A stretch of 14,808 nucleotides of DNA from Myxococcales bacterium (GTDB lineage: Bacteria; Myxococcota_A; Polyangia; Polyangiales; Polyangiaceae). The stretch covers positions 1 through 14,808 of the forward strand of contig JAYTOU010000068.1 of NCBI GenBank assembly GCA_043747615.1, in the 5' to 3' direction. Below, in pieces: positions 7,405-14,808 of this stretch; the first letter of the stretch is position 1, and every line of letters begins with the position of its first letter. A program made the translations under genes and the position numbers. The notes below the pieces were generated by a model that made no database searches, was not told where the DNA came from, and saw only the letters and a program-made list of their open reading frames with translations.

Positions 7405-10334
7405 TTGATCACCGGCACGCCGTGGAAGAACTGCAAGCGCTTCGACGCCACGATCGCCACGTCGTCGATGCCATCACCGTCGAAATCGCCTGCGACGATC
7501 GCTTTGCCACCCGCGAAGAGGTTATTCGCGGCTCCGCCATCAAACCCGAAGACCGGCGCGCTCAGTCCGGTTACCTGAGCGTCCGTCACGATGAATTCCA
7601 GTCCGCTCCTTCGCGCGGCGTAGACCCCCAACGCCTCCGTGAGCCCGAAGATCTGCGGGCTGGCGGATCCATCGGCGATGATCGTCGTGAAGGAGGTCAT
7701 GTTGCCGGGATTCGACAGCGGTGCATCGGACGGCAGCGGAAATTTCGGCGACGGAATGAGCGCTGATTTCGTGACGTCGATGGGCTTGTCCGTGGGCCCC
7801 GACTGACCCCAGTAAACATTGATTTGGCTCGCGTCTTTCTTGTCGCCATTCCCATCGGAGAGGACGATGACGTCGTCGTGGCCGTCTCTGTTTACGTCGG
7901 TCACGTTCAGCTGCCAGGCAGCGGCACGCGCGCTCACGTTACTTCCAAGAAGTGTGTCGACGAGCGTTGCCCAGGCTCCGTTACGGATCTGGAGCACGAG
8001 GAGCCGCCCTTGCTGCTTGTTGTTCGCGAGGGGATTCGGCGGGACGAGGATGACGACGCCGTCGGCGCTACCTGCAGGAGAAGCGTCGAGGTTGATCGTG
8101 GCCAAGGAGGCCTGATTCCAGTCGAAGGCCTGCGAAGTCGCGGACAGCGCTTCGAGCGATGGGCTCTCGATGGCCGGGAATTGGCGAAACGCTGCGGGTC
8201 CCGTCGCCGCGGCTGTATAAACCTTCACGTTGAAATCGATGCTCTGCGCGGCGTTCGGGACGCCCTCGACGACGATCGCCGCGAGGTCCTTGGCCGGCGC
8301 AGCTAGGCGAGTTTGCGTGAAGATGCCGCCGGCGACCGCGATCGGCACCACCGCCCCGCCCGGCGCGGACGTACGGAACAAGAACGGCGCTTGAATTTCG
8401 CGGTCCGTCGACCCTTCGAGGACCGAAAGAAACTCGCCCCCCAGCCCCGGCATGCCTGCGGTCCGGCCGGCGCGCCCTCGCGCAACGAGGCCTACGGATG
8501 CGAGGGTCTGGTGCAATTGACTGAACCCGCCACCTAGCGTCGAGACCACCACTTGCTCGATCTTCGGGAGACGCGCGACCACCACAGGCGCCTCGGGGGC
8601 TCCCTGCGGTTTCCCGAAGAGGATTCCGAGACTGTCTTCGCTCATCGTGAAGGGATCGCCTTGCACCTTGTAGGCGATGTCGAGAATCGAATCGCCGTCG
8701 AGATCTCCGAATCCGAGATTCGTTGCCGCACCCGCAACGGCAAATGGAAAGTGGTCGAGAAGCGGACGCGGCGAGCCCAAATAGACGTCGATGCTGCGCG
8801 CGGACGCCGCGATGACGTCCAGTGTGCCGTCGCGGTTGATGTCTTGCAGTTGCGCCTCGGTCCACAGAACGTTCGGCGCAAAGAAAGTGACGTCCTGGAT
8901 TTGAGAGACGCTGCCGGCATCGGCGCCCCCGTCGGGCATTCCTCCATCCGACGGACCAGGCGCGTTGAGGACTATTTTGGATGGAAAGACGAAGTCCGTC
9001 TCGCGGTCGGCGGTGATCAAGCCAAACGCCAGCACTTCGAGGTTGATCTGCGGTAGCACGCTCCCCTGGTTGTCGCGCGGCGGAGGCGGTCCGGGGGGAA
9101 GGCGCTTCGAGTTGAACGTTCCGTCCCCCGCTCCGTACGCGATGACGGCGACCGGCTCCTTGGCCGAGTTGGCGCAGTTGATCACCAAATCGAGGTGACC
9201 GTCGCCGTCGGCGTCCCCGACGCGCATTCCGCGCTTCGTCACGGTGAGTCCATTCGGAAGATTCACGTCCGACGGGGGCTGGTAGGCGGGGTCCGCCGTG
9301 TACGTGCCGCGCACGAATGCAAAGTTGGGGATGGCTCGATTGAACGCGTCGGTTCGGCACGGGCTGAGCACGTGGACGGCTTTGTCGCCCGTGAACGCCA
9401 TGACGATTTCGTCGCAGGGCGAGACGATGGGAAGAACGTCTTCCCGGAACGCGGCAGCGATCGGATCCCCCGCGAAGGCGTCGACTGCGCCGGTCGGGAG
9501 CACGTAGAGCGGTGGCGGTGGGGCGGAGTCACCGAGGTCTATGACGTCGAGCTGGAAGCCCGTCGGATACTTCAGGGTCTGCGCGGCAAACGGGATCGCC
9601 GGATCATCCCCAAAGATGAAAACCTTGTCCAAGCCGGGCGTGAGGAAAGTGAGCGGCACGAGCTTCACCTTCGTGTGCTCGTCGAACGTCGAGAAAGCGG
9701 TTGGAAAGAGGGTCTGGTCGGTCTGCCCCTTCCAAATGGCGACCCCCGACGACGCGACGAAACCCAAGTCGGATTGCGTTTGCCCCGCGAACGTATCCAC
9801 GTTGGGGTAGACGTCCGGCGCGCGTATGGAGAAGGTTTGCGCGAACCGACGGTCCACGTCGCCGTAGTGGACTTTCATTTCTACGCGGCTTCGCTCGACG
9901 ACGTCGCTGATCGTGTCGGCGTCGAAGTCTCCGACGTAGAGCTTGTCGGCGAGCGAGGGCGACACCACTTCGGCCTCGTAGGCACCGCTTGCAACGCGGC
10001 AGACCGAGTCCGCACCGCAGCCCGCTTCGGGCGGACAAAGTGGAACGGTGGTCGCTGACGAAGACGGGACGGCCGCGTGCATCGAGCCGCGCGTCTCGGG
10101 CTCCTGCCGTGCGCACGCGTAGTGACATTCGCCGGGCTGACCCGCTGGAATGCAGATTGTGTTCGTGGCGTTCGGCAGCGTTTTCGGGAAGGTGTCGCAG
10201 TACTTCGTGAGCTTCTCGGGTGTACCGAGCACGCCGTCTCCGCACTTTCCCGCGCGCACGTCACCTGGAAGGCTTGTGCAAGAAACGACGACCACGAGGC
10301 CTCCCACGCAAAGACCCGCACCCCAATTTCGCAT
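7401..10334 (-). CDS. Large FG-GAP/VCBS-repeat lipoprotein with Cys-rich N-terminus (977 aa)
   Basis: MRNWGAGLCVGGLVVVVSC lipobox, CGDGV Cys-rich region, and at least six DxDxDG..D repeats (GDFDADTISD, GDADGDGHLD, DINRDGTLD, GDLDGDSILD, DVNRDGHDD, GDFDGDGIDD). ATGA overlap with the PEGA gene. The start at 10334 is preferred to 10391. Confidence 0.88.
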   Translation of the reverse strand: MRNWGAGLCVGGLVVVVSCTSLPGDVRAGKCGDGVLGTPEKLTKYCDTFPKTLPNATNTICIPAGQPGECHYACARQEPETRGSMHAAVPSSSATTVPLCPPEAGCGADSVCRVASGAYEAEVVSPSLADKLYVGDFDADTISDVVERSRVEMKVHYGDVDRRFAQTFSIRAPDVYPNVDTFAGQTQSDLGFVASSGVAIWKGQTDQTLFPTAFSTFDEHTKVKLVPLTFLTPGLDKVFIFGDDPAIPFAAQTLKYPTGFQLDVIDLGDSAPPPPLYVLPTGAVDAFAGDPIAAAFREDVLPIVSPCDEIVMAFTGDKAVHVLSPCRTDAFNRAIPNFAFVRGTYTADPAYQPPSDVNLPNGLTVTKRGMRVGDADGDGHLDLVINCANSAKEPVAVIAYGAGDGTFNSKRLPPGPPPPRDNQGSVLPQINLEVLAFGLITADRETDFVFPSKIVLNAPGPSDGGMPDGGADAGSVSQIQDVTFFAPNVLWTEAQLQDINRDGTLDVIAASARSIDVYLGSPRPLLDHFPFAVAGAATNLGFGDLDGDSILDIAYKVQGDPFTMSEDSLGILFGKPQGAPEAPVVVARLPKIEQVVVSTLGGGFSQLHQTLASVGLVARGRAGRTAGMPGLGGEFLSVLEGSTDREIQAPFLFRTSAPGGAVVPIAVAGGIFTQTRLAAPAKDLAAIVVEGVPNAAQSIDFNVKVYTAAATGPAAFRQFPAIESPSLEALSATSQAFDWNQASLATINLDASPAGSADGVVILVPPNPLANNKQQGRLLVLQIRNGAWATLVDTLLGSNVSARAAAWQLNVTDVNRDGHDDVIVLSDGNGDKKDASQINVYWGQSGPTDKPIDVTKSALIPSPKFPLPSDAPLSNPGNMTSFTTIIADGSASPQIFGLTEALGVYAARRSGLEFIVTDAQVTGLSAPVFGFDGGAANNLFAGGKAIVAGDFDGDGIDDVAIVASKRLQFFHGVPVIK

Positions 10335-10427
10335 GTCGTTCTCTCGATTCAGCTCGCGGTAGACGCTCTGGAAACGCGGCACACCACCCAAGGGACGTGC
10401 CGCGCTCTCATGGCTCCACGACGATGG

Positions 10428-10748
10428 TTATTTCGTGTCTCTTTCGAGGCTGTCCATTTCTTTTTTGTAGTTGCCCTTGTGGATCTCCGCGGCGGCAGCC
10501 GTCGCGTGATCTTCGTGGCTCGGCACCTCCGCGGTCACGCCACCGGCGGCGGCGGCAGCCTTGGCGACGTCCACGTGATCGGTCGCGGCCCCACCGGCGG
10601 CGTTCTCGGCTGCCGCAGTCTGGATGACGGCGGCCGGTGTAGCGGTCGTCGTAGACGCACCACTGTCAGCGACGGCCATATCGACCTTGGGTTTGTCGCA
10701 GCCCACGAACGCGACCACGGCGAAGGCGACGATGAGCACGCTTTTCAT
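10428..10748 (-). CDS. Small hypothetical lipoprotein (106 aa)
   Basis: MKSVLIVAFAVVAFVGC lipobox, GGAGG RBS at 10759-10755, Ala/Thr-rich linker and a charged C-terminal helix. Confidence 0.85.
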   Translation of the reverse strand: MKSVLIVAFAVVAFVGCDKPKVDMAVADSGASTTTATPAAVIQTAAAENAAGGAATDHVDVAKAAAAAGGVTAEVPSHEDHATAAAAEIHKGNYKKEMDSLERDTK

Positions 10749-11542
10749 TTCGGTCCTCCAGAGGCAGCAGGAGGAGCGGCGCCGCCGGGTCCCGTCAGCT
10801 CGAATGTAATGTTCGCAGCGTCACTGTAGATCTCGCCTTGAGGCGTCGTTTGATGCGCCCATACGTGCAAGTGAGCCGTGCCAGCCTTGAACTTGGCGTG
10901 CTCGGGTTTGTCAGCAGCGAAGACGCATCCGTCGGTCTTCGAGCGGTCGACCCAGCTCGCCGACTCGTGACCAATGACTTGAACGATCGTGCATACGTGC
11001 TGCAGGCCTGCTGTGGGGACGAGCTTGAAGGTGAACGCGCCGGCGAGCGGGACACTCGCGCCCGCGAGCGGCGAGGCGACGACCGGGGTAGCCGGACGCG
11101 GGGGCGCCTTTGCATTCAGGCCGGTCAGCGCGTCGAAGAACCTGTCGTCGGTCTTCTTCAGAAATGAATCGACCCGCCCTTCCATTTTCGCGTCGTGGTC
11201 GTCCTCAGCGAGCTCGCGGACACGGAGCGCCCGCATCGCGCGGCGCCAGTGAACGTTGATGAGCGAGTGCTCGTCTTTCGTGACGGCCTTGTGATCCTTG
11301 TTGGCGATCTCGCGGATCTTGGTCGACGTTGCCCTGATGTAGTCGAATTTGACTTTGCGCTGTTCCGACGTCTCCACGGGGCCCGCATCGGGCTTCGCGT
11401 GGGCTGAGCCAGGCGGAGTTGCAGCCGCAGGCGCGCCGGATCCCGTCGGGGTTGCCGAGCCGGAAGCTGCCGGTGGCGCGGCCACTGCGTTCGAAGACAC
11501 TAGCGCGAGAATGATCCCGGCTGACCCTACGCATCGCCTCAT
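10745..11542 (-). CDS. Hypothetical secreted protein (265 aa)
   Basis: AGGAG RBS at 11555-11551, signal peptide MRRCVGSAGIILALVSSNAVA, Pro/Ala linker, charged helical domain and a beta-rich C-terminal domain with two Cys. The longer track ORF is antisense to the hydratase gene. Confidence 0.82.
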   Translation of the reverse strand: MRRCVGSAGIILALVSSNAVAAPPAASGSATPTGSGAPAAATPPGSAHAKPDAGPVETSEQRKVKFDYIRATSTKIREIANKDHKAVTKDEHSLINVHWRRAMRALRVRELAEDDHDAKMEGRVDSFLKKTDDRFFDALTGLNAKAPPRPATPVVASPLAGASVPLAGAFTFKLVPTAGLQHVCTIVQVIGHESASWVDRSKTDGCVFAADKPEHAKFKAGTAHLHVWAHQTTPQGEIYSDAANITFELTGPGGAAPPAASGGPK

Positions 11543-11665
11543 GGTTGTTTCTCCTGTCGTCTTGAGCATCATATGTGAACGACCGCAGGGTAGCTGCACG
11601 GCAGAAAGTTCGTGGAAATCATTTGCGGCGAGCGTCGTTGCGCGGATGGCGGGTAGAGTGGTTCG

Positions 11666-12370
11666 GTGACCACCGACGTCTTGACATACACGCTCGAAGG
11701 CAAAACTGCGGTCGTTCGAATGGACGACGGCAAAGCGAATGCATTGTCGGACGCGATGATCGACGCGCTCGTGAATGCTCTCGCCCGAGCCGAGAAAGAG
11801 GCGAGCGCAATCGTCCTGACGGGGCGGCCCGAACGATTTTGCGCCGGCTTCGACCTCAAGGTCATGATGAGTGGCCCCGAGAACGCCAAGGCGCTGCTCG
11901 TGCGTGGCTCCGATTTGCTCATGAAGCTCTACGGCGCGTCGATTCCGCTTGTGATCGCGTGCACGGGGCATGCGCTGGCGGGAGGCGCGCTCGTCTTGTT
12001 GACGGGCGACGTGCGCTTCGGTGCGTCCGGTGCGTACCGTATCGGGCTCAACGAGGTGTCCATCGGAATGCCCGTGCCGGTTCTGGCGATGGAGCTCGCG
12101 CGTGATCGCCTCGTTGGCTCCGAGCTGGCACGAGCCACGTTGATGGCCCAGATTTATTCGCCCGACGAGGCAGCGCGTGTCGGCTACCTCGACGCGGTCG
12201 CACCGGCCGACGAAGTCCTCGCACGCGCAAAAGAGGAGGCGGCGAGGCTTGGCGGCCTCTCGCGCGGCGCATACACGGCAACGAAGGTCCGCCTCCGCGG
12301 CAAGACGATCGCGCACATCCACGCGACGCTCGACGACGACATGAAGAGCCTGCTCGCGCCGCTGGTGTGA
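11666..12370 (+). CDS. Crotonase / enoyl-CoA hydratase-isomerase family protein
   Basis: Motifs MDDGKANALS, FCAGFDL, ACTGHALAGGA, IGLNEVSIG and A..VGYLD. Confidence 0.95.
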   Translation: MTTDVLTYTLEGKTAVVRMDDGKANALSDAMIDALVNALARAEKEASAIVLTGRPERFCAGFDLKVMMSGPENAKALLVRGSDLLMKLYGASIPLVIACTGHALAGGALVLLTGDVRFGASGAYRIGLNEVSIGMPVPVLAMELARDRLVGSELARATLMAQIYSPDEAARVGYLDAVAPADEVLARAKEEAARLGGLSRGAYTATKVRLRGKTIAHIHATLDDDMKSLLAPLV

Positions 12371-12384
12371 CTCCGAGCGGAGTC
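12369..12384 (+). terminator. Short hairpin at the hydratase stop (weak terminator or stabilising stem)
   Basis: GACTCC-GAGC-GGAGTC perfect 6-bp stem with a pyrimidine-rich tail but no true U-tract. Confidence 0.25.
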
Positions 12385-12427
12385 CTGTCCTTGCGCTTTC
12401 TCCGCCCGCACGGTACGCGCGCAGCTC

Positions 12428-13513
12428 ATGGTCGTGGCGCGTCGTTTGGTTGCGCGGATCGGAGCCGCGCTCCTTGCGGTGCTCCCATGCGGAGTCGCGA
12501 ACGCTCAGGCGAGCGAGGCTTTTGGAGTCGACTACGTCGCGCTCGAGACCTGCCCGACAGCGACCTCGTTCGTGGCCAAGATCACCGCGCGGACCCGCCA
12601 TGTCCACCTAGCGAGTCGTACGGAGCGCGGTCGGATGCTCGTCGTGCGCGTGACTCCGCAGAGTCACCACTTCGTCGGGCGGCTCACGATCCGCGATCCC
12701 GACGGGAGTGAAGCGGAGCGAAGTCTCAGCGCAGCGAGCTGTGACGAAGTGGTCTCGGGCCTCGCCCTCATCGCGGCCGTCGTCCTCGATCCGACGGCGC
12801 TCTCCGAGAGCCCGGCCCCCCAAGATTCTTCGCCGGTCGTTGACGCTGGAACCAGCCAGGATGAGCCCGCCCCAGCGGCGCGTCCGATAGCTCTCGAGCC
12901 GCCGTCCCCCGAGCGCCCCTCGCCGGTGCCCTCCGCAAAGAACCCCGCTCTCCCCGCCGCTCGGAGAGGCGGCGAGACTTCGCGTCGATGGCAGGTCGCC
13001 CTCGGCCTTCACGCCGCGGTGGCCCAAGGGGTCTCGCCCTACCCGCTCGCCAGCGTTCCTCTCTTTGTCGAGATCGCGCGTACGCCCGAGAGTTCGCCGC
13101 TTGCGCCGACCGCTCGCTTTCGGTTCGAGCGTCCGGGAGGCAACAGCTCCGCCTCGCCGGCAGGAAGCGCGCACTTCACATGGACGGAAGCGAGTCTCGA
13201 TCTGTGTCCGATTGCCTGGTGGGGGCGGCCCACGCTGCGCGCTCAGGCATGTGTGCGCGCGGAAGGTGGGTCGGTGCAAGCGCAAGCACTGAATACGACG
13301 CCGGCGCGAAACGACGTCCGACCTTGGTTCATGGTCGGGGCCCTGGGCAGCGGGCGGTGGGTCGTGGAAGGCCCGTTTTTTCTCGAGATCGAGGCTGCTC
13401 TTCTCGTTCCCATTCTTCGAGACCGCTTTTTTCTCCGACCAGACACGACCGTCTTTCGCGCCGCGCCCATCGCGTACAGCGCGAGCGCCGGGGCTGGCGT
13501 ATCGATTTGGTGA
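12428..13513 (+). CDS. Hypothetical exported protein with probable C-terminal outer-membrane beta-barrel
   Basis: Signal peptide ending ANA, N-terminal domain with a CP...C pair, Pro-rich linker, amphipathic beta-strands and a terminal aromatic residue (ASAGAGVSIW). Confidence 0.75.
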   Translation: MVVARRLVARIGAALLAVLPCGVANAQASEAFGVDYVALETCPTATSFVAKITARTRHVHLASRTERGRMLVVRVTPQSHHFVGRLTIRDPDGSEAERSLSAASCDEVVSGLALIAAVVLDPTALSESPAPQDSSPVVDAGTSQDEPAPAARPIALEPPSPERPSPVPSAKNPALPAARRGGETSRRWQVALGLHAAVAQGVSPYPLASVPLFVEIARTPESSPLAPTARFRFERPGGNSSASPAGSAHFTWTEASLDLCPIAWWGRPTLRAQACVRAEGGSVQAQALNTTPARNDVRPWFMVGALGSGRWVVEGPFFLEIEAALLVPILRDRFFLRPDTTVFRAAPIAYSASAGAGVSIW

Positions 13514-13519
13514 TCAAGA

Positions 13520-14209
13520 ATGCCCGAGGCGAACATCGTTTGGAGCAGCGCTATGATGGGAGCCGTGTCAACGATCGCCGAACCACGCGGAGCACGCAGA
13601 CGCGCCGCCCATCCGGTGGCTACCGTCACCACGATCGCAAACGACATGCCTTCCTCCGCCACCCCTCCCCGCCTCTCCGTTCGCGCGCAGGGTCGGCTCC
13701 GGCAAATGGTCGATGCCAACTTCGACTTCGTCTGGCGCTCGTTGCGCGGACTCGGCGTGCCTTCGTCGGGTGCGGATGACGCGGCCCAGCAGGTCTTCTG
13801 GATCGCGGCGCAAAAGCTTGAAGCGATCATCGTGGGGAGTGAGCGCTCTTTTCTTTTCGCAACCGCACGAGGCATCGCTGCAAACGCCCGGCGGGGCCGC
13901 GCACGAAGCCGCGAGGTGCAAGATGACGATGCGATCGCCGTGCACGTAGACGCTCGTCCAGACCCCGAGCAGACGGCTGTTTCGACGCAGGCTCGCGCTC
14001 TTCTCGATCGCTTCCTCGAGGATCTGCCGGAAGATCTTCGGACGATCTTCGTTCTCTTCGAGCTCGAAGGAATGAGCATGGCTGAGATCGCGACGCTCTT
14101 GGAAGTTCCGTCGGGAACGGTTGCGTCGAGGCTCCGACGGGCACGTGAAATATTTCAGGGCGTCGCGAAACGCCTTCAAGCCATCCAAGCAAGGGGAGAT
14201 AGGCCGTGA
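13520..14209 (+). CDS. ECF-type RNA polymerase sigma-70 factor (start uncertain: 13520, 13553, 13565 or 13646)
   Basis: Region 2 FDFVWRSLRGLGV..ADDAAQQVF..RSFLF and region 4 LPEDLRTIFVLFELEGMSMAEIATLLEVPSGTVASRLRRAR. Confidence 0.95.
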   Translation: MPEANIVWSSAMMGAVSTIAEPRGARRRAAHPVATVTTIANDMPSSATPPRLSVRAQGRLRQMVDANFDFVWRSLRGLGVPSSGADDAAQQVFWIAAQKLEAIIVGSERSFLFATARGIAANARRGRARSREVQDDDAIAVHVDARPDPEQTAVSTQARALLDRFLEDLPEDLRTIFVLFELEGMSMAEIATLLEVPSGTVASRLRRAREIFQGVAKRLQAIQARGDRP

Positions 14210-14808
14210 GCGATCCGCAGAGACTGCTCTTCAACTCAGAGACGACGCTCTCCGAGCTGCAGTTGCTCGAATCCTGGAACGTCGAGCAACCGTCCGCAGC
14301 TGCACGCGCGGGAACGCTCGTAGTGCTTGGCCTCGGCGGCACGGCGGTGGGAGCGGCCGCTGCAGGTCGAGCGGCGAGCGCATTGAAAGGCTCCTCGATT
14401 GCCCCGAAGGCATCGGCGCTGTGGGCACTCTCGCTCACGAAGTGGATCGCGCTCGGGGCGATCGGTGTGGGGGTCACGGTGGCCGGCGCGCTCTACCTTC
14501 ACCAAGGCCCGCATCAGCCTCCGCCGGAGAAGGCGAAGAAGCCGAGCGCGGAGAGCGCATTGGTGGCCGCGCCCCTGCCGACTCTCGTGGTGACTCCCCT
14601 AGTGACGCCGATGCCGACTGCCGTGGCGAGTCCGCTTCCGGAGTCGCGCGAAGCTCCGACCACGAACCTTCCTCCCGCGAAACCGCGCCCGGCTTTGCGC
14701 ATCGAACCCCACAGCATCGAAGGCACGATGGGCCAAGAGATCGCCAAGCTCGATCGGGCGCGCGCCGCGCTTACGGAGGGCGACCCGCTCCGCACACAGC
14801 AGCTCGTA
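14206..14808 (+). CDS. Putative membrane-anchored anti-sigma factor (partial, not in the ORF track)
   Basis: GTG 14206 overlaps the sigma stop (GTGA), RBS GGGGAG at 14193-14198, open to the window end. MSDPQRLL...LLESW...PSAAAR, a TM segment (WIALGAIGVGVTVAGALYL), a Pro-rich linker, then TPR-like QEIAKLDRARAALTEGDP. Confidence 0.8.
   Translation, partial: MSDPQRLLFNSETTLSELQLLESWNVEQPSAAARAGTLVVLGLGGTAVGAAAAGRAASALKGSSIAPKASALWALSLTKWIALGAIGVGVTVAGALYLHQGPHQPPPEKAKKPSAESALVAAPLPTLVVTPLVTPMPTAVASPLPESREAPTTNLPPAKPRPALRIEPHSIEGTMGQEIAKLDRARAALTEGDPLRTQQLV

Noticed and set aside
11543..12607. 620-aa ORF extension of the 10745 gene
   Set aside because: It is antisense to the hydratase gene, and a clear RBS and signal peptide define the start at 11542.
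1..14808. CRISPR arrays, tRNA/rRNA genes, tandem DNA repeats, defence or toxin systems
   Set aside because: None seen by eye. Intergenic gaps are short, and the repeats present are protein-level (FG-GAP, PEGA, Pro/Ala linkers).

Overview
GC-rich window whose gene style (PEGA/TPR and FG-GAP lipoproteins, ECF sigma with a Pro-rich anti-sigma) suggests Myxococcota, possibly Polyangiaceae; this is inference. Bases 1-5408 hold a cbb3-type cytochrome c oxidase operon (ccoI-ccoS-ccoNO-ccoQ-ccoP-ccoG-DsbD_2/TauE-like) in advanced decay. Visible lesions: an IS256-like end cutting ccoI, a frameshift and two nonsense codons in ccoNO, a broken CxxCH motif, an in-frame deletion fusing ccoP to ccoG, a nonsense codon in ccoG, and a frameshift plus motif change in the last gene. 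Only the small genes ccoS and ccoQ stay open. A lipoprotein gene and a truncated PI-PLC-like remnant follow. The rest looks intact: a four-gene minus-strand cluster of exported proteins, an enoyl-CoA hydratase, and a putative outer-membrane protein / ECF sigma / anti-sigma module running off the right edge. I found no clearly new system; the best leads are the operon decay, the ccoP-ccoG chimera and the uncharacterised envelope modules.
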